DNA of 64,000 nucleotides, from the NCBI GenBank assembly GCA_000165425.1, contig CT868485.1, positions 1 through 64,000 of the forward strand, given 5' to 3'. How positions within the stretch are numbered: position 1 is the stretch's first letter; the number at the start of each line of letters is the position of its first letter. Source of the stretch: Paramecium tetraurelia. Its lineage: Eukaryota. This document shows, piece by piece, positions 39,498-53,500 of the stretch. The notes beneath the pieces were generated by a model. It was not told the origin of the DNA, searched no databases, and saw only the letters and a list, made by a program, of their open reading frames with translations. Position numbers and translations under genes: made by a program.

Positions 39498-42248
39498 ATG
39501 AGTTTAAGTTAAGTAAGATTATCATATTTACTTTAAAGGCAGGTCGTTAAGCCATAAATCCAATTACAGGGGAATCTAGATTCTAATAACCAGATTATCG
39601 CCGGTCCTAAGAAGTCAAGAATGAACCTACAAGAACAGCAGAATCAAGGAGAAACTTTGCAAATACTTCAGTGCCTGTTGAGAATTAGGAATAAAATATA
39701 TTCTAAATGGATAGGATTGCTCAATTATAAGAGTAAGTGTAAATGCTGGAAAAGTAACTTACATAAGAAGTTAAGCGGAATTCTAAAATGTTAGTTGATT
39801 TGGAAAGAGAAGTTAGGACGAGAGGTTAAATGGGAGATGTATTAATTCTGATCTGATAATAGCCTAACCAAATGTTCGAAGACTTGTAGAATAAGATGTA
39901 TTCCCTGGAAACCAAAATTATAGCTTAAGATAGGCAAAAGAGCGAATTGGGTTCAAAAGTGGCCATCTAGGAGTAAAATCTTAAGGAGTTGTTGTACTTC
40001 TTGAAGAACACTTAAAATAAAGATACTAACGAGGTTTTGTAGATGCGAGGAATGTTACAGGAAAAGATAACTGAAGAGAGTTCGCAACTCTAAAAAGAGA
40101 GAGAGAAGACAAAAGCCTTGTTTATGGAGATGGTGAGATTGGGAGAGTTGTAAGAAAAACTCTAGGAATCACTTTCGACTTCTCATCAGCATTTTGAATA
40201 GAGAATTAATGGAATGGAGAGCAAGATATACAATGGAGAGAAAGCTTTGATTTAAGTAGCATAGAGAGGAGATTCGGGCATGAATTTCATTAATTGAGAC
40301 TAACGAAAGAGTAGAGAAGAGAGTCATGGCTTTGGAGGCCAATTTATTAGCACTAGGGGTATTTTTAAATTATTAATGGATTAGAAAGATTAATTAAAAG
40401 ATCATGAACAGATCAACAGGGTTGACATGGCTAATTAGAGAATATAGGAGGAATTCAAGGGAATGTTATAACTAATTTAATAAGATTACACTTAAAGATT
40501 AGATACTAGAGTAACCGAAGTCATCAATAGAATTGTTATGGAGCATGAGCAGAGAGTCAAAACAATGGAAGAGATGAAATAAGCATGGAGTTTGAAGGAT
40601 TAGATTAATATGGAGAGATTGTAATATGAGAGGGAGGAAGTTATATAAAAATTGGGATCATTAGAACAATTTCAACGGATTGATTCATAAAAGAAGGATG
40701 AAGCTATTCGTTCATTGTAAACTATAATTGAGACATAAGTGAATTAAATTCTAGTAAATATTTAAAATGAAGAAGCCCAAAGATACTCACATGAAGTTTA
40801 ATTAAGAGGCGATTTATTAAAAATATAAGAGAATATCAAATCGGAGAATGAATTATTCAAAACACATTAAGCTAATATTACTGAGAAGATTACAGATATG
40901 ATAAGAATTGAAGTGCAAACAAGATTGTCAACTGATACTGAATTGAAGAATCTTACATCTGCCATAGCTACTGATATCGTTTCCGATTTGAATAGTTTAA
41001 AAGATTAGATAGAAATGGCTAACAGGGCATTGCAAACATAAGTTAAATAATTAGAGAAAGATTAAGCAGAAAAAGCAGAAAGACTATCGTTGTACATTGA
41101 TGATGAAATAAATAAAGTAAGAAGTTAATTTAATTATATTAATAGGCAATTAAGACATCTGCTTAGAAGTATGAAAAAGTGAAGGTGATATTTTCCAAAT
41201 TCGGGGAATCCTTTAAATAACATATAACAGCCTTTGAAGGGTTGAAATAGGATCTGAATTCTCGGTAGACCATCATTGAATAAAATATTGATATGATTAG
41301 GTAGGACTTTTAGACTGTGATAGAAGATCAATAGTCACACTTGTTAGAAAGAATATCTATTGAGAAAAATTAAATATTAGAGGCTGTGAATGCCACTGTT
41401 CAATTTCTAGAGGATAAGGTTAATAAATTAGATGAGGATTGCACAAATAAATTTAGGATATTTAGAGAAGTGATTGAAGAAAATCAATTAGTAATAGTTG
41501 AAAAAACCAAACTTATTCTTGATTAAAATGAGTCCTATTAATAAACTCAAATGAAAGGTTTAAAGTTGATGGCTGAAAGTATTCAGGACTTAAAGTAATT
41601 AATTATTCCATTTAATTTAGACAATAATAGCAATTCATTAAGGAAGATCATTAGAATCAAATCAAAGAAGTAAATTAAACTGTTGAAAACACTAGATAAG
41701 ATCTCCAATAAATAAGTATTAATATTAAAGATCTGGATGAAATCCAGACTTAGCACAAAGGTCTATTGGAGGAAATTCAAACTGATATTGATATACTCAA
41801 AAAGGAGAATGAGACTATTATGATCAAATAGTAAGACATAGATAAGAATGTCGAATTATTAAATGATTAACAAAAAAAGATCCAAAATACTTTTTAGATA
41901 CTCACCTAAAGTGTGGAATCTGTGAATGATAAGACAATAACTATTGGAGAACGAGTAGATGCTATCAATACTAATTTTCAATAATTATAAGAGGAACTCA
42001 AGATGGTCGATTAAAAAAATTCGAAATTAGAAGGAGACTTAGAGGATTCAAATCTTAAGATTAACAATGAAATCAAGAATATTGAAATTAGATTGGAAGA
42101 GTCGTAGAAAACGGCTGCTTCTATGTAGGATTCTATGAGACAAAATGATGATCTAGACAAAAAGTAAAGTCTAGAGATTGATGAATTATAGAGATCAGTC
42201 AACAATTTACAAGAGAGACTTAAATAATTGGCTCAATTACCTGTCTGA
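39498..42248 (+). CDS. Long coiled-coil protein of unknown function
   Basis: E/Q/K/L-rich heptad-like code-6 frame with several short GT-AG introns; TGA 42246-42248. Confidence 0.8.
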
Positions 42249-42347
42249 CAGTATTATGAATTATATTTATATATATTTTATCTTTCATGTTGTAGGATGT
42301 CTGTAGTATAAGGAATTTTAAATTAAAAATAAATCCTTATTTTTAAA

Positions 42348-43014
42348 ATGGCAGAAGAATAAGTAGCGACTGTGAAATTTGCTAATCAACCTAAATTATT
42401 TGGCAAATGGGATTACGATGAAGTTCAAGTGACAGATTAATGTTTCAAAGACTACATTGCAGTCTAAACCTCAAAATCCAGAGTTTTTGTTCCCCACACT
42501 GCTGGAAGGTATCTCTTTCAATTCTAAAATAGATATCAACGAAAGAAGTTTAGAAAAGCATAATGCCCTATTGTAGAAAGATTGGCTGGTGCACTTATGT
42601 TCCACGGACGTAATACAGGTAAAAAAGTAAAGGCTGTGGCTATCATCAGACATGCATTTGAGATTGTTCACTTGTTGACTGGTAAAAATCCACTTTCCGT
42701 CTTGTCATTGGCCGTGCAAAGAGGTGGAGCCAGAGAAGACTTCACAAAGGTGGGCACAGGGGGTGTAGCTAAATAATAAGCTGTTGATGTTGCTCCAATT
42801 AGAAGAGTCAATGAAGTAATTATGCCAAATATGCTTCAAATAGGCAGTCCATAATCTAGCAAAGGGTGTAAGAGATTCAGTTTTCAAGAAAATGAAGACC
42901 ATTGCAGAAGCCCTTGCTGATGAGCTAATTGCAGCAGCCAATGAAGATGGATAAAAGTCATACACCATTAAGAAGAGAGATGAACTTGAAAAGGTAGCAA
43001 AAACAAATCGTTGA
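42348..43014 (+). CDS. RPS5: 40S ribosomal protein S5 (uS7)
   Basis: [13 protein letters not shown]...[23 protein letters not shown]...GRNTGKK...[14 protein letters not shown]; introns 42509-42532 and 42816-42843. Confidence 0.98.
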
Positions 43015-43259
43015 TGCTTAGTACAATAATAAATATATTATATAAAACAATATAAAAAGTCTAATGTCTATCAATTAATATCTTTATATATATATAGAAA
43101 TTACTTTAAAATTCTAGTGTATTTATTAATTTTTTTGGGTAAAAATATAATGGTTTGAAATTTATTCGATTTTAATTAATTTAAAAATAATTCACTATAA
43201 TTATTAATTTTAAATGGAAAAGAGATTATTTAAATATATATATAATAATATCGAATAAA

Positions 43260-44492
43260 ATGGCCTTAAATCCCCCTATCACTTAAAATGGAGTTCCATT
43301 AAGAGTGGATCAAGAGTTCTTTATATTGTATAGGAAAGAAATGGAAGGATAATTTAAGATTCAAACTATGGGCAAGTTTAAAGCTTCAGGAAAAGTAGGT
43401 AATTGATTAAATTTAGGTTTTCATCACAACATGTAGAATGGTTTTTGTGAATGACAACTTCTAAAGAGACTCTTTTAAGTCTTTTGATATCCCTTTGGCT
43501 TATTTGAGTGCTGAGAAGTTCCGGCAACCAATACTTGGAAGTAATTTTTTAGAAGGGGATGTGGCTCCCTTATACAATCTACTACCAGGAAGAACTCATT
43601 TTAAATTACGGTTCAAAGCAGGAGGTAGGAATAATTTAACACTTTAGGATGTGAGAAGTTTCTAAGGATACTTTTTTCTGTGTTAATATAAATCAGAACG
43701 TCGCGAAGTTCTGGATAACGAGTCCCTGATCCTCGTATGATGGAAAACTTTGCAAGAACCTAGAGTTAAGCCTTAGTTGATCCTAATGATCCAAGCGTCA
43801 TCTACATACAATAACCATAGTTGCTTTAATAATCTTATGGAAACACAACTTGGAGCATTCCGTAAAATCAAACTTAGTTTTCTCCAATAGGTTAGCCCAA
43901 TAATAGGATGCCACAATAACAATACTAGTAACCACAGATGAAATAGCAGTATCAGAAGCCTCCTTAACGCTATCAATAATATTAGTAGAATCCTTAAGGA
44001 TATCAATATTTTTAACAGGTACCGCAGCAGAATTTCTAGAATAACCCTTAAATTGGTAAAGCTGTTAGTTATCATCCTGGATATTAATAATAGACTCAAC
44101 CAAATTACACTCAACTTGGAATGCAATAACCATAATAGTATAATAATCAACCGCCCAATCCATATTATCAATAAAGTCCCCCATAGAATCAAGCAACCAG
44201 CCCTTATGTCTAACCAAATCAATAACAACAACAATAGTAACCCTAATAAACATAAGAGATTAAATAACCATAATAAGTAAATGAGGATCAAGTCCCTTCC
44301 ATATAATAAAATCAGAATTAATCAAATCAGTATTTAGAGTAAAATAATAACCAATAAGAACCTATTTAAAATGAAGAAATATTACCTTAAGATTAACCAT
44401 AAGTTGATGAGGTTAGGAACCAACCGAATACAGCCTTTTACTTTGGATTTTGGGGTCCTTAGTTGCAATCAAGTTAAAATGCAATATTGTGA
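43260..44492 (+). CDS. WBP2/UPF0664-like PH-GRAM protein with Q/P/Y-rich tail
   Basis: MALNPP...GKVFITTCRMVFV...SFDIPL...EKFRQPILGSNFLEGDV...FKAGG; then AYVDPNDPSVIYIQQP-type motif and Q/P-rich low complexity; two introns. Confidence 0.8.
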
Positions 44493-44543
44493 AAAATTCA
44501 ATCTGATATATATGTTAATTTAAATTAGTATTCATATTCATAA

Positions 44544-46001
44544 TCAAATTTATGACTCATCTGTTTCTTGAATGACACTTAAAAGATATAATCAATAATT
44601 ACTTCTGAAGGTTTTCTTTAACTTGATTGACTAATAATTCATAATCTTATGGCCCAACTCCCCAAACCTTACAGAATGATTAAACTACTTCTTCAACGTC
44701 ATCGTTCTTTCTCAATGCTAACCTACCCACCTTTCTAGGACCCAATTTAATATCAATATAAAGGATAGGCAATTCTTTCTTGAATTAACTTCTCTAAAGC
44801 ATTTCTGGAGGTGAAAATGGTTGGTTCTTTACTTTCTCGTAATTCTCTCCACTGGGTTTATGACTCAATTTCAGATCTTTCAAATGTCTTCTGTCAGTAG
44901 CCCTTCTAATTCTCTCTATAGCTTCCCAATAGCCACCTACTCCATTCTATTGTGATTCAGGCATAGAGTAATTAATTTGAGGATGGAAAGAACATTTACT
45001 ATATTCTGAGTCCTCCTTCTCTTGTTCAGCCAATTTAGCTCTCTCTTCTATTTCCTATCTATTCTTCACTTAATACAACCTTTCGATCACATTAGGTAAC
45101 TCTTTCTTTGAAATAATTTATGGTTTAAATGTGCACTCTTGCATATCCTTCATAAGCTTTTCCTATTTTAGAAATTCGATCTTCTGATTGGATAATTCCT
45201 TCTTTTTATATAGTTCATTGACTCGACTTTCAGCAAGTCCTGATGAAAATTGGGATAATGATTCTTGGTTTTCCTTCTTGCCTGATTATTATTGCAAAGC
45301 TTCACTAATAGGATTGATAGCTGGTTTGAAAGTCAAAGTCTTTTCATAGGTTTCAATGAGATTTGAGGCTAAAGATGCTTTCAAGTAGCCTATTTTAGCT
45401 CCTGATAAACGAGTCTTTTGATATGCTTAGAATTCAGAGCAAAATCTGAAGATTGCTTCATAATCAAATTCTTTGTCAGAAATCTTCTCTAAATACTCTT
45501 TGATTAAAATAGCGCATTTAGATGGTTCCAATTAATTGGGATCCAAGATGATTCTAAATAGACAAAAGGCTGCTTGTATGTCAGCTTACTCTCCATCGTT
45601 AGAAATAATTGCAAATGCTTTCTCGTGCAAATCTACTTCTTATTGTCTACCTTATAGATTGGTGTTACTTTTGCATAGGATTGTTGAGACCTTGTGCCTC
45701 TAACTGATAATCTTGATTGTAAGAGATAGCTTGGAATATATCTAACAATGTAAATAATCGTCCTAGTTGTTAGAAATTAATTTGACCACTATTTTATTCA
45801 TCGACTTCTTTTAATGTCTATATTTGCAATATGAAATACTTCATTCAATTTACGTTCCAATCTAGACACTAAAATCTTGGTACTTGATTGACTGACTAAT
45901 TTTTGACTCCCCTGTTGTGGATTACTCTTCTTATTTTGCTTCACATTTTTTGCACATATTTCCTCAATCAACTCCTTCTCTCTGTCAGATAAATTTATCA
46001 T
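44544..46001 (-). CDS. Hypothetical protein with EF-hand-like N-terminus and repeated (EC)TFKP-I motifs
   Basis: 22-nt intron after RKLNE restores the frame (TLKEVDEQNSGQINFQQL); motifs LTFKPAIN, ECTFKPQI, CSFHPQIN. Confidence 0.75.
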
Positions 46002-46108
46002 TTATTTTTATTTATTCCTATATATATCTAATATTTCATATAATGGAGTATAATTATTTAAAATTATAAACTATGTGCATAATACTAAATGGGACTGTTA
46101 TATCATAA

Positions 46109-47922
46109 TCAAAATTTCCAATTAGAATCTGTAGCCATAGCCCAAATGAATTTATTTCTTAAAGTTTTTGAAAACACTCTTTCTATAGGCACATCATGTA
46201 CTTTACAAAATGCCACACTAATTCTAGGATCATTGTAATTGGTTTTGGAAGTTCCCAAAGCTATCTCCTTATTTTCTTCTTTCTTTTCCAACCCTTTCAA
46301 CTCCTTCTAATATTTCTCCTGAGTCTTCTAAATCGTTTATTTGATCTTATCATGTTGTCCTGGGAACTTCTTGATAAAGATACTGTTCTTCTTCTGAGAT
46401 CCCTCCTCTAATTAAACTTCCTCCTCATATTCATTAGGATTCTTCTTCTTATAATGCTATTCCAATTCTTGGATGTATGTTTTCATGCATTCTAATTTCG
46501 TATTGATTTTCTTTTTAGTTAATTCAAATTATTTAGATATAGTTTTTTGATGATTACATAAAATAGCTACCTGTTTATTGGCATTATCATAGAAATCAAC
46601 CTAGAGATACATTTAAAATATACCTTTTATTAAACGGAGTGGCCATCTAATTTGCCACCTAAATCAAGTTGTTGTTGGAGTGTAAAACTTGCATTATAAG
46701 TTCTAAAGACCTTGGCTGTTAATCCTTCCATTTACTTTTTCAAGAAATCATTCAAATCATCAACACTTATATCACTAAACAAGTTGTCTTCTGGTTGTTT
46801 TCCTTTGATGAACAGTTTGAGATTCTTCCAAATCTAATGTGCTAATTTAACCTCATTATTGTATCTCATGGAGTCCTTACCCAAGAAATCAAAGGCCACT
46901 ACATCATCCTCCTTCAATTTGATATGTTCTACTCTTAAACTGCAACAACCGACTGTGTCTGCTTCATCCTCATCCTTTTCATTTCCAACTCTCAATGCCA
47001 ATTTATCTATCAAATAGGTTGCTGTTCCTAATTATCTTTCTTTAATTGAATCTGATTGTAACTTCTTAGTGTAATTCTCTCTAATTTGATCAATTTAATT
47101 CTTCAATCTCCTTGCCTTCTCATACTTCCTCTTATCATTCATCTACTTAAATCTTGAAGTGGCAGCAAATTGGACATATTTATGATTGTCTTTTCTGATA
47201 CTGGAATCCACATAAGAAAACAGCCAAGTAACATCATTTCTATGCACTATCTTGCCCCAAGAATGACCAGGCAATTTACATTATGGCACTGGAGCCTATG
47301 TACTTAGATTCACTGTTAATTCCTCTGGAAATATCCTGGCTTTTAGCAATCCTGCCTTTGGATGTTCTCCACGTCCCTTGAATAAAGTGGGCTATTCCAG
47401 TGTGTAATTGCCTACTCTTTCCAAACAACCATCCACCAAAGCATACCCATAAAACAATTCCCTTTGATCTCTTTCTAATTTCTCCTGCTTTTTTTATTCA
47501 TCAGATTTATTCAATCTCAATAATCTTTGCTATTCCAAATATTCCTTTATCTTTGTGAAATCAGCCTTATCCAATTAAAACCCTTCAAATTTTGTCTGCA
47601 TAAGCGATTCAAAATTCTTCCTGTAAATTTCCTTATTTTCATATGGAGATCCAATAGATTATGCCCAATATGTGCAAAGTTCTTCCTACTCCTCTGTGAG
47701 GGTTATCAACTTCCCATTGTAAATCAAACCCACATTGTGTCTCTTATAAAATGGAGGAAACAAAACTCCATGATGTTCCAAATACCTCCATTCTTGACCC
47801 TATTGTTCTTCCTCCTCAGATTCTTCAGGATTGGCTTCTTCCCACCAATTGTGCGATCTTGCTTGAAATCCTCCCAAACGAATCTCTTTGTACTCATCTA
47901 TTTTAATTTTCTTGTCGCCCAT
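46109..47922 (-). CDS. TOP1: DNA topoisomerase IB
   Basis: [89 protein letters not shown] (catalytic Tyr); one intron near 46602-46624. Confidence 0.98.
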
Positions 47923-47979
47923 TTATAAGAAAATAATTTAATTTCTTATTTTTCAAAATCAAATGCCTGATCTATAAAT

Positions 47980-49338
47980 ATGAACTAATTTTATTAATAA
48001 TAATCTAAATTTCAATCATAAGAGTATTCACTCAGTTTTCGTCGTTTCAGTATTTATTAATTTTGTTAAAGCCACACAATAACCGTATAAATATTATTAT
48101 TATTAAATTAATGTACAGGGAGGAAAGAAGCGCTTCTCAATCTAAACATTCCCTAAAACTTAAGAAAAGAATTCAAACTCTATTACACCACTCCAGAGCT
48201 AAATGATTGTCTTTACTTGCATTACAAAGGCTTTGAAAAGATTGAGAATCTTGAAGAGTTCACAGGGTTAAAAGTCATTTACTTGGAGGGAAATGGTCTA
48301 CAAAGCATCGAAGGTAAGTTGATTAATCTATCTTAGGACTGGATTGTTTGACTTCCCTGAAATGCTTATATTTATAGGAGAACATAATTAGAAAAATGGA
48401 AAACTTGCACATGCTAACTGAGTTAATTAATCTAAATCTAAGTGACAATATGATAAGCAAGATTGAGGGGTATGAATAGCAATTTTATATCTTTTATAGG
48501 TTGGAATAATGTTAAAAACTGTAGACTCTTCAGATAAAAAGAAATAGGATTGGGATGAATGGACTTAGTGATTTAGAAGGAGTACTTTGCTTACAGAATT
48601 TATCAGTGTTGGATGTATCAGACAATAAAATAGATGACCCAAATGTTGTAGACGAAATATTTTTAAAAATACCTCAATTAGCAGTCTTGTATTTCTAGAA
48701 CAATACAGCCGGAAAGTAAATCCAACATTATCGAAAAACCCTGATCAGTAGAATTAAGACCTTAAAGTATTTGGATGACAGACCTGTCTTTGATGATGAA
48801 AGAAGTAACATCTTCAAATATAATCAATTTAGGATTTGCTGAGGCCTTTGCAAAAGGAGGACTAGATATGGAGAGAGAGGAAAGACAAAAGTATAAGAAG
48901 GAGCAAGAGGAAGAGCATATGAGACAACATCAAAACTTTAAAGACATGATTCGTAGATATAGAGAAGAATAATAATAATAGCAAGAATAACAACAACAAT
49001 AATAATAAGAAGAATAATAATAAGTAGATAATGGTTCAGATAACGAAGAACCTTCACATCTATCAACTTATAATACTTAATCGAATGCTAGTGATGTTAG
49101 ATCATCTGCTCAATAATCTGCTCAGTAGTCAGAACACTAATCAGAGAAACACTCCGATAAGTAATCAGACAATCAATCTGAAAATACTTCAAGAATTGCT
49201 GATGGACAAAGTGAACACAGAAGTATTGATGGAGATTAGAAGAGTGTAGATGGAGCTAGTGACCATGGAAGTGAATAGGTGGAAATTAATACAATTGGAA
49301 ATTTTGGACAATCAACTCAACTTGATGAAATCGATTGA
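47980..49338 (+). CDS. Leucine-rich repeat dynein assembly factor (DNAAF1/LRRC50/ODA7-like); start uncertain
   Basis: [40 protein letters not shown]...YRKTLI...[10 protein letters not shown]; three short introns; TGA 49336-49338. The first in-frame ATG is at 47980. Confidence 0.85.
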
Positions 49339-50594
49339 TATATATGTGTAAATAAATATAAATGCTGGATTATCCAAAATGTTATTAAACAATTGAAATT
49401 GGAGGATTATTAATCAAAACAATAAATTAATAATATTTCTCCTCTTAAGCTTAAACCTCGATTGCCTTTTCTGATATTATTGAAAGTAGTAAGAACTTTC
49501 TTTTTTACAAATTTCAGATGTTTTATATGTGTGGCATTTTATAGCATGATACAATCCATCATTTGCATTTTTTGCTTTTGATTTAGTTGTTATTTTGGGC
49601 TTCTGATTCTAATCTAAATTAATACCTTTTTGTTTTAATATGGATAAGATCAAAGCATATACAAAATTGATTAATTTTAATTAAGGCTTTTAATTATCAT
49701 TTTCTATATTGATATCTGCCATTGGACGGGCTGTTGTCCAATAATCATTTCTATTCTGTCTATTTTACATTAGTCAATATAGAGTCAGTATGAGTGTGAT
49801 TTTGTTATTCATTAAAGAAATATAAATGATCATTAAGTGATTTAAACCAAATATCAAAATACTTTAATTTAGTTAAATATTGACTTTAGAGTTTCTTTTT
49901 ACTTTCAATTTACTTATGTTCATGTGATGCTATATAGAATTTTTTATAATTCTTCTCTATTTTCTTAAAAAAAAAATCCTCAATTATAATTTATGATATT
50001 TTTAAGACACCCTGTTATACATCAATCTATTTTAGTTGTTTTTGAATAGGAAGATAGTCAAATTGGTTGTTGATTGTAATTATCTACTAGATGTTAAAGA
50101 CTATTAACGATGACTGACTTTACTTAAAAGATGAAGTCTTTTAAAAACTGTTACTATACAATCAAGCAATAGCCGCGTAGAAGGGAGAAGTGTAGAATGG
50201 CCTTCATATCCAGAATTTCAAGATTTTGGAAGAGAGAACCCTCAGATAAATTGTGTGAATGTAACTTTCATAAAAGGTTAAAGATTCTATACTATTGACA
50301 TTGCTTTCTTTTCTAGTAAACTAGTATCATTTATAGATAATTGATCATTTAAGATAACGAAGAAAAAGTTAATTATCGAATCCTTTTGTAATTTTACTTA
50401 ATATTACAAAGATTTATTTTAGTTATTATGATACTGGTAAAATCTAATCGTTTTTCGACCTTATATGTCTTTATATTTGTGCTGACGAAAATGCTCATGA
50501 ATATCAACAAAATTTAAATTTTCGGATTAGTATGTTTTATTTTTTTGAATTATATATTTTATTGAGTTGATTACTTATTTCATGATATTTATTT

Positions 50595-53500
50595 ATGCTT
50601 TTTTAAATTTTTACTTTCTTATTTTCATAGTTTGTGCTTTTGAACTCACAATGGACAACCTATACTTCGATGTTATATTATGATTCGTAATTTACTCAAA
50701 ATACAGGGGATTTGGCATGGTATAATTCCGGAGGATTTTTATTGCCTTCAAGCTAAACAACAGCAAATTTTATCAGTTGTTCAACCCCTTCCACAAGTTA
50801 TATTACTTTAAATAATATATATCCATCCGCTGAAACATATAATGTTTATAGCTTTTAAGGTGAAAATTGGATATCTATGGACTTATATTTTCAGAGTACA
50901 TGGTCCTCTTAAAAAGTTGAAATTACACTTGGATCATTTTCTTTTATATATACCTATACTTCCCCGACAACTTATCCATTAACTGGAGGATTTTGTGATA
51001 ACTCTTCTTATGAAGTTAAGACTCTTAATTTTACATATGGTGTTACAGGAACGACAAGCCAAGAAAAATTAAAAATTAAATCCTATAATACAAATTCAGG
51101 ACAAGTCTCATTTAAAAACGTGTACATCTCAAATATAATATGCTATCCATCATGTAGACTGTGCGCAGGCCCAAATTATAATTAATGTACAAGTTGCTAT
51201 TATGGATCAACGACAAATAGCATTTGCCCACCTTGTTAATAAAATTAGTTCTATTGGAAGCACTCGGGATGCTATAACATTTGTAAATTCGATAATCCAT
51301 TATTGAAAAATGGGTTTTGTTAAGAATATCCAAGTATTTTTTTATAAATATATCTTAGTTTAAGTAATTGAATAAGGTTATTATGATAGCAATTCGATAC
51401 AAGCGTTGAGATGGTAGATTATATATGACCCGCAACATTTAGAGACAAATTATACTAAAAATGCCTATGCATATGGAGTATTCAGGTTTAATTCTGGTGT
51501 CAATAGATATATGAATAATTTGCCTAACTATTCTTATTCGACATATTTGGTTGGAGTAGTAATTTCAATCATGACTTATAATGATATTCCACTTAATTGT
51601 GGAATATAGTTTAAGATTAATAATACTTATTATGGATCTATTTATAGGAATGCATCTGGGATTCAAACCCATTAAGTCAAAATATCTCAAATTACTAACT
51701 ATGGATCATACCTTTCGTATGCCTAGAGTTAAATGTATTAAATTATTGCATATGTTGACATTCCTAAATATTCATTTTTATTTTCAGTTGTAGGAAATTA
51801 CACGTAAATATTAATTAATATAACTTAGAGTTGACACAGCAGGATGGGGAATTTCTGGAATCTAAGTTACTTAGGGATATTGTTCTAATTATTGCTAATT
51901 GTGTGAAGTATCATTTAAATGTAAAATTTGTCAAAGTGGATGCTTTTTTTATCGAGATGGTAGTTGTACATGTTCTTGTTCAGCTCCATACTAAAAACCA
52001 TAGGACTCTTATTGTTATGATTACGATGACGAAACACCTTGTATTACATAAATAATAATTAGACTCTTCATATTTGATTAAGGAATATATAAGTTCTGCT
52101 GGTGACCCTGAATAATATGCAAAGTATACTTTAATTTCACAAAGTGGAACAAACTTTTTGAAAGGATCAAATATCTATTTTTCATTTTATAATTAACTTA
52201 GACTCTTTGGAGGTCCTTTAGTATGGGCATAAGCTAAATTCTAAAGGGTTCATACTATATCATCTCCACATCATAGTCTCACAATAGCATTTTATATTTT
52301 ATATGGACCATCTTTCTCTGAAGATGGACAATTTATATATACAATTGAGAATAATGCACCAGTTACTAAATCAACTTAATTTTTTTTTTCAACTTATTTT
52401 GATTCAAAATATGACAAAGTATATGAAAAAATCAATCATAATACAAATACATTAACAATCACATGGGAATGCTTTGGACCAAATAATGAACCAATTCAGG
52501 CATTTTGTGGAGTCTATAATTATTATATTGCCGTTCATAATTGCTAACCTTATTGTTTAGAATGTGAGGATTAATCTAAATGTACTTAATGGAACAGCAC
52601 TTATGATTCTAATATCGTTAAATTTTCTTAAGCAGAATGTTTGATTAACCAATATCATGATAAAGAAACTGTAAGATGTTTAGAATGTCCATAATCCTGT
52701 TTAACATGTACATCTAAATTAGATTGTTAAACATGCAAATCAACTTATACCTAATCTAAATTAGGATGTACTTGCAAAATGAATCAATATGAAGAATCAA
52801 ATCAGTGTTTTGATTGTCCAATTGAATGTAATTAATGTTTAACTTCTACTTAATGTATAGAATGTTTAATTTCTAATAATAGAAAATTATCAAATGGGTA
52901 ATGCAATTGTATTGACGGGTATTATCATATAGTATCTAATCCTTAATGTAAGCTATGCCATTAATTTTGTAAAACTTGTACTGGACCAACTGCATCTGAG
53001 TGTTTAACTTGCAATAATATTGTTAATATTGAATATGTTGGATCCACATGTCGATGTCCAGCAGGATATTCTTATAAAGATGCAACAAAAACTTGTGATT
53101 CTTGTCATCCATAATGCTAAACATGCTTTAGAACAAAAATTGATGGTTGTCTAACATGCGATCCTGCTTCAAATAGAATATTAAAAGGATTAAATTGTGT
53201 TTGTAAACCTGGTTATTATGAAAATAATACTAATTGCACAAGTATATTTAATAATCATATTATAGGTTGCCCAACTATAGAAACTCCATCTCTTAGTTAA
53301 TGTTATAAAATTTGCATAAATAATTAATTGATATGGCATACTGCCACTTGTAGTTCTTGCGATACTGGGTTTTAATTAGTATCTGGATAATGTCAACCTA
53401 TTTGTGGAGATTTATAAAAGAAAGGATATGAATAATGTGAAGATAATAATGCAATCCTTAATGATTTATGCTTTAATTGCTAATTCTAATGTCCAGCTCA

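Noticed and set aside
50040..50350. Coding-like purine-rich patch upstream of the surface protein gene
   Set aside because: No supported start or recognisable motif; at most an eroded remnant.
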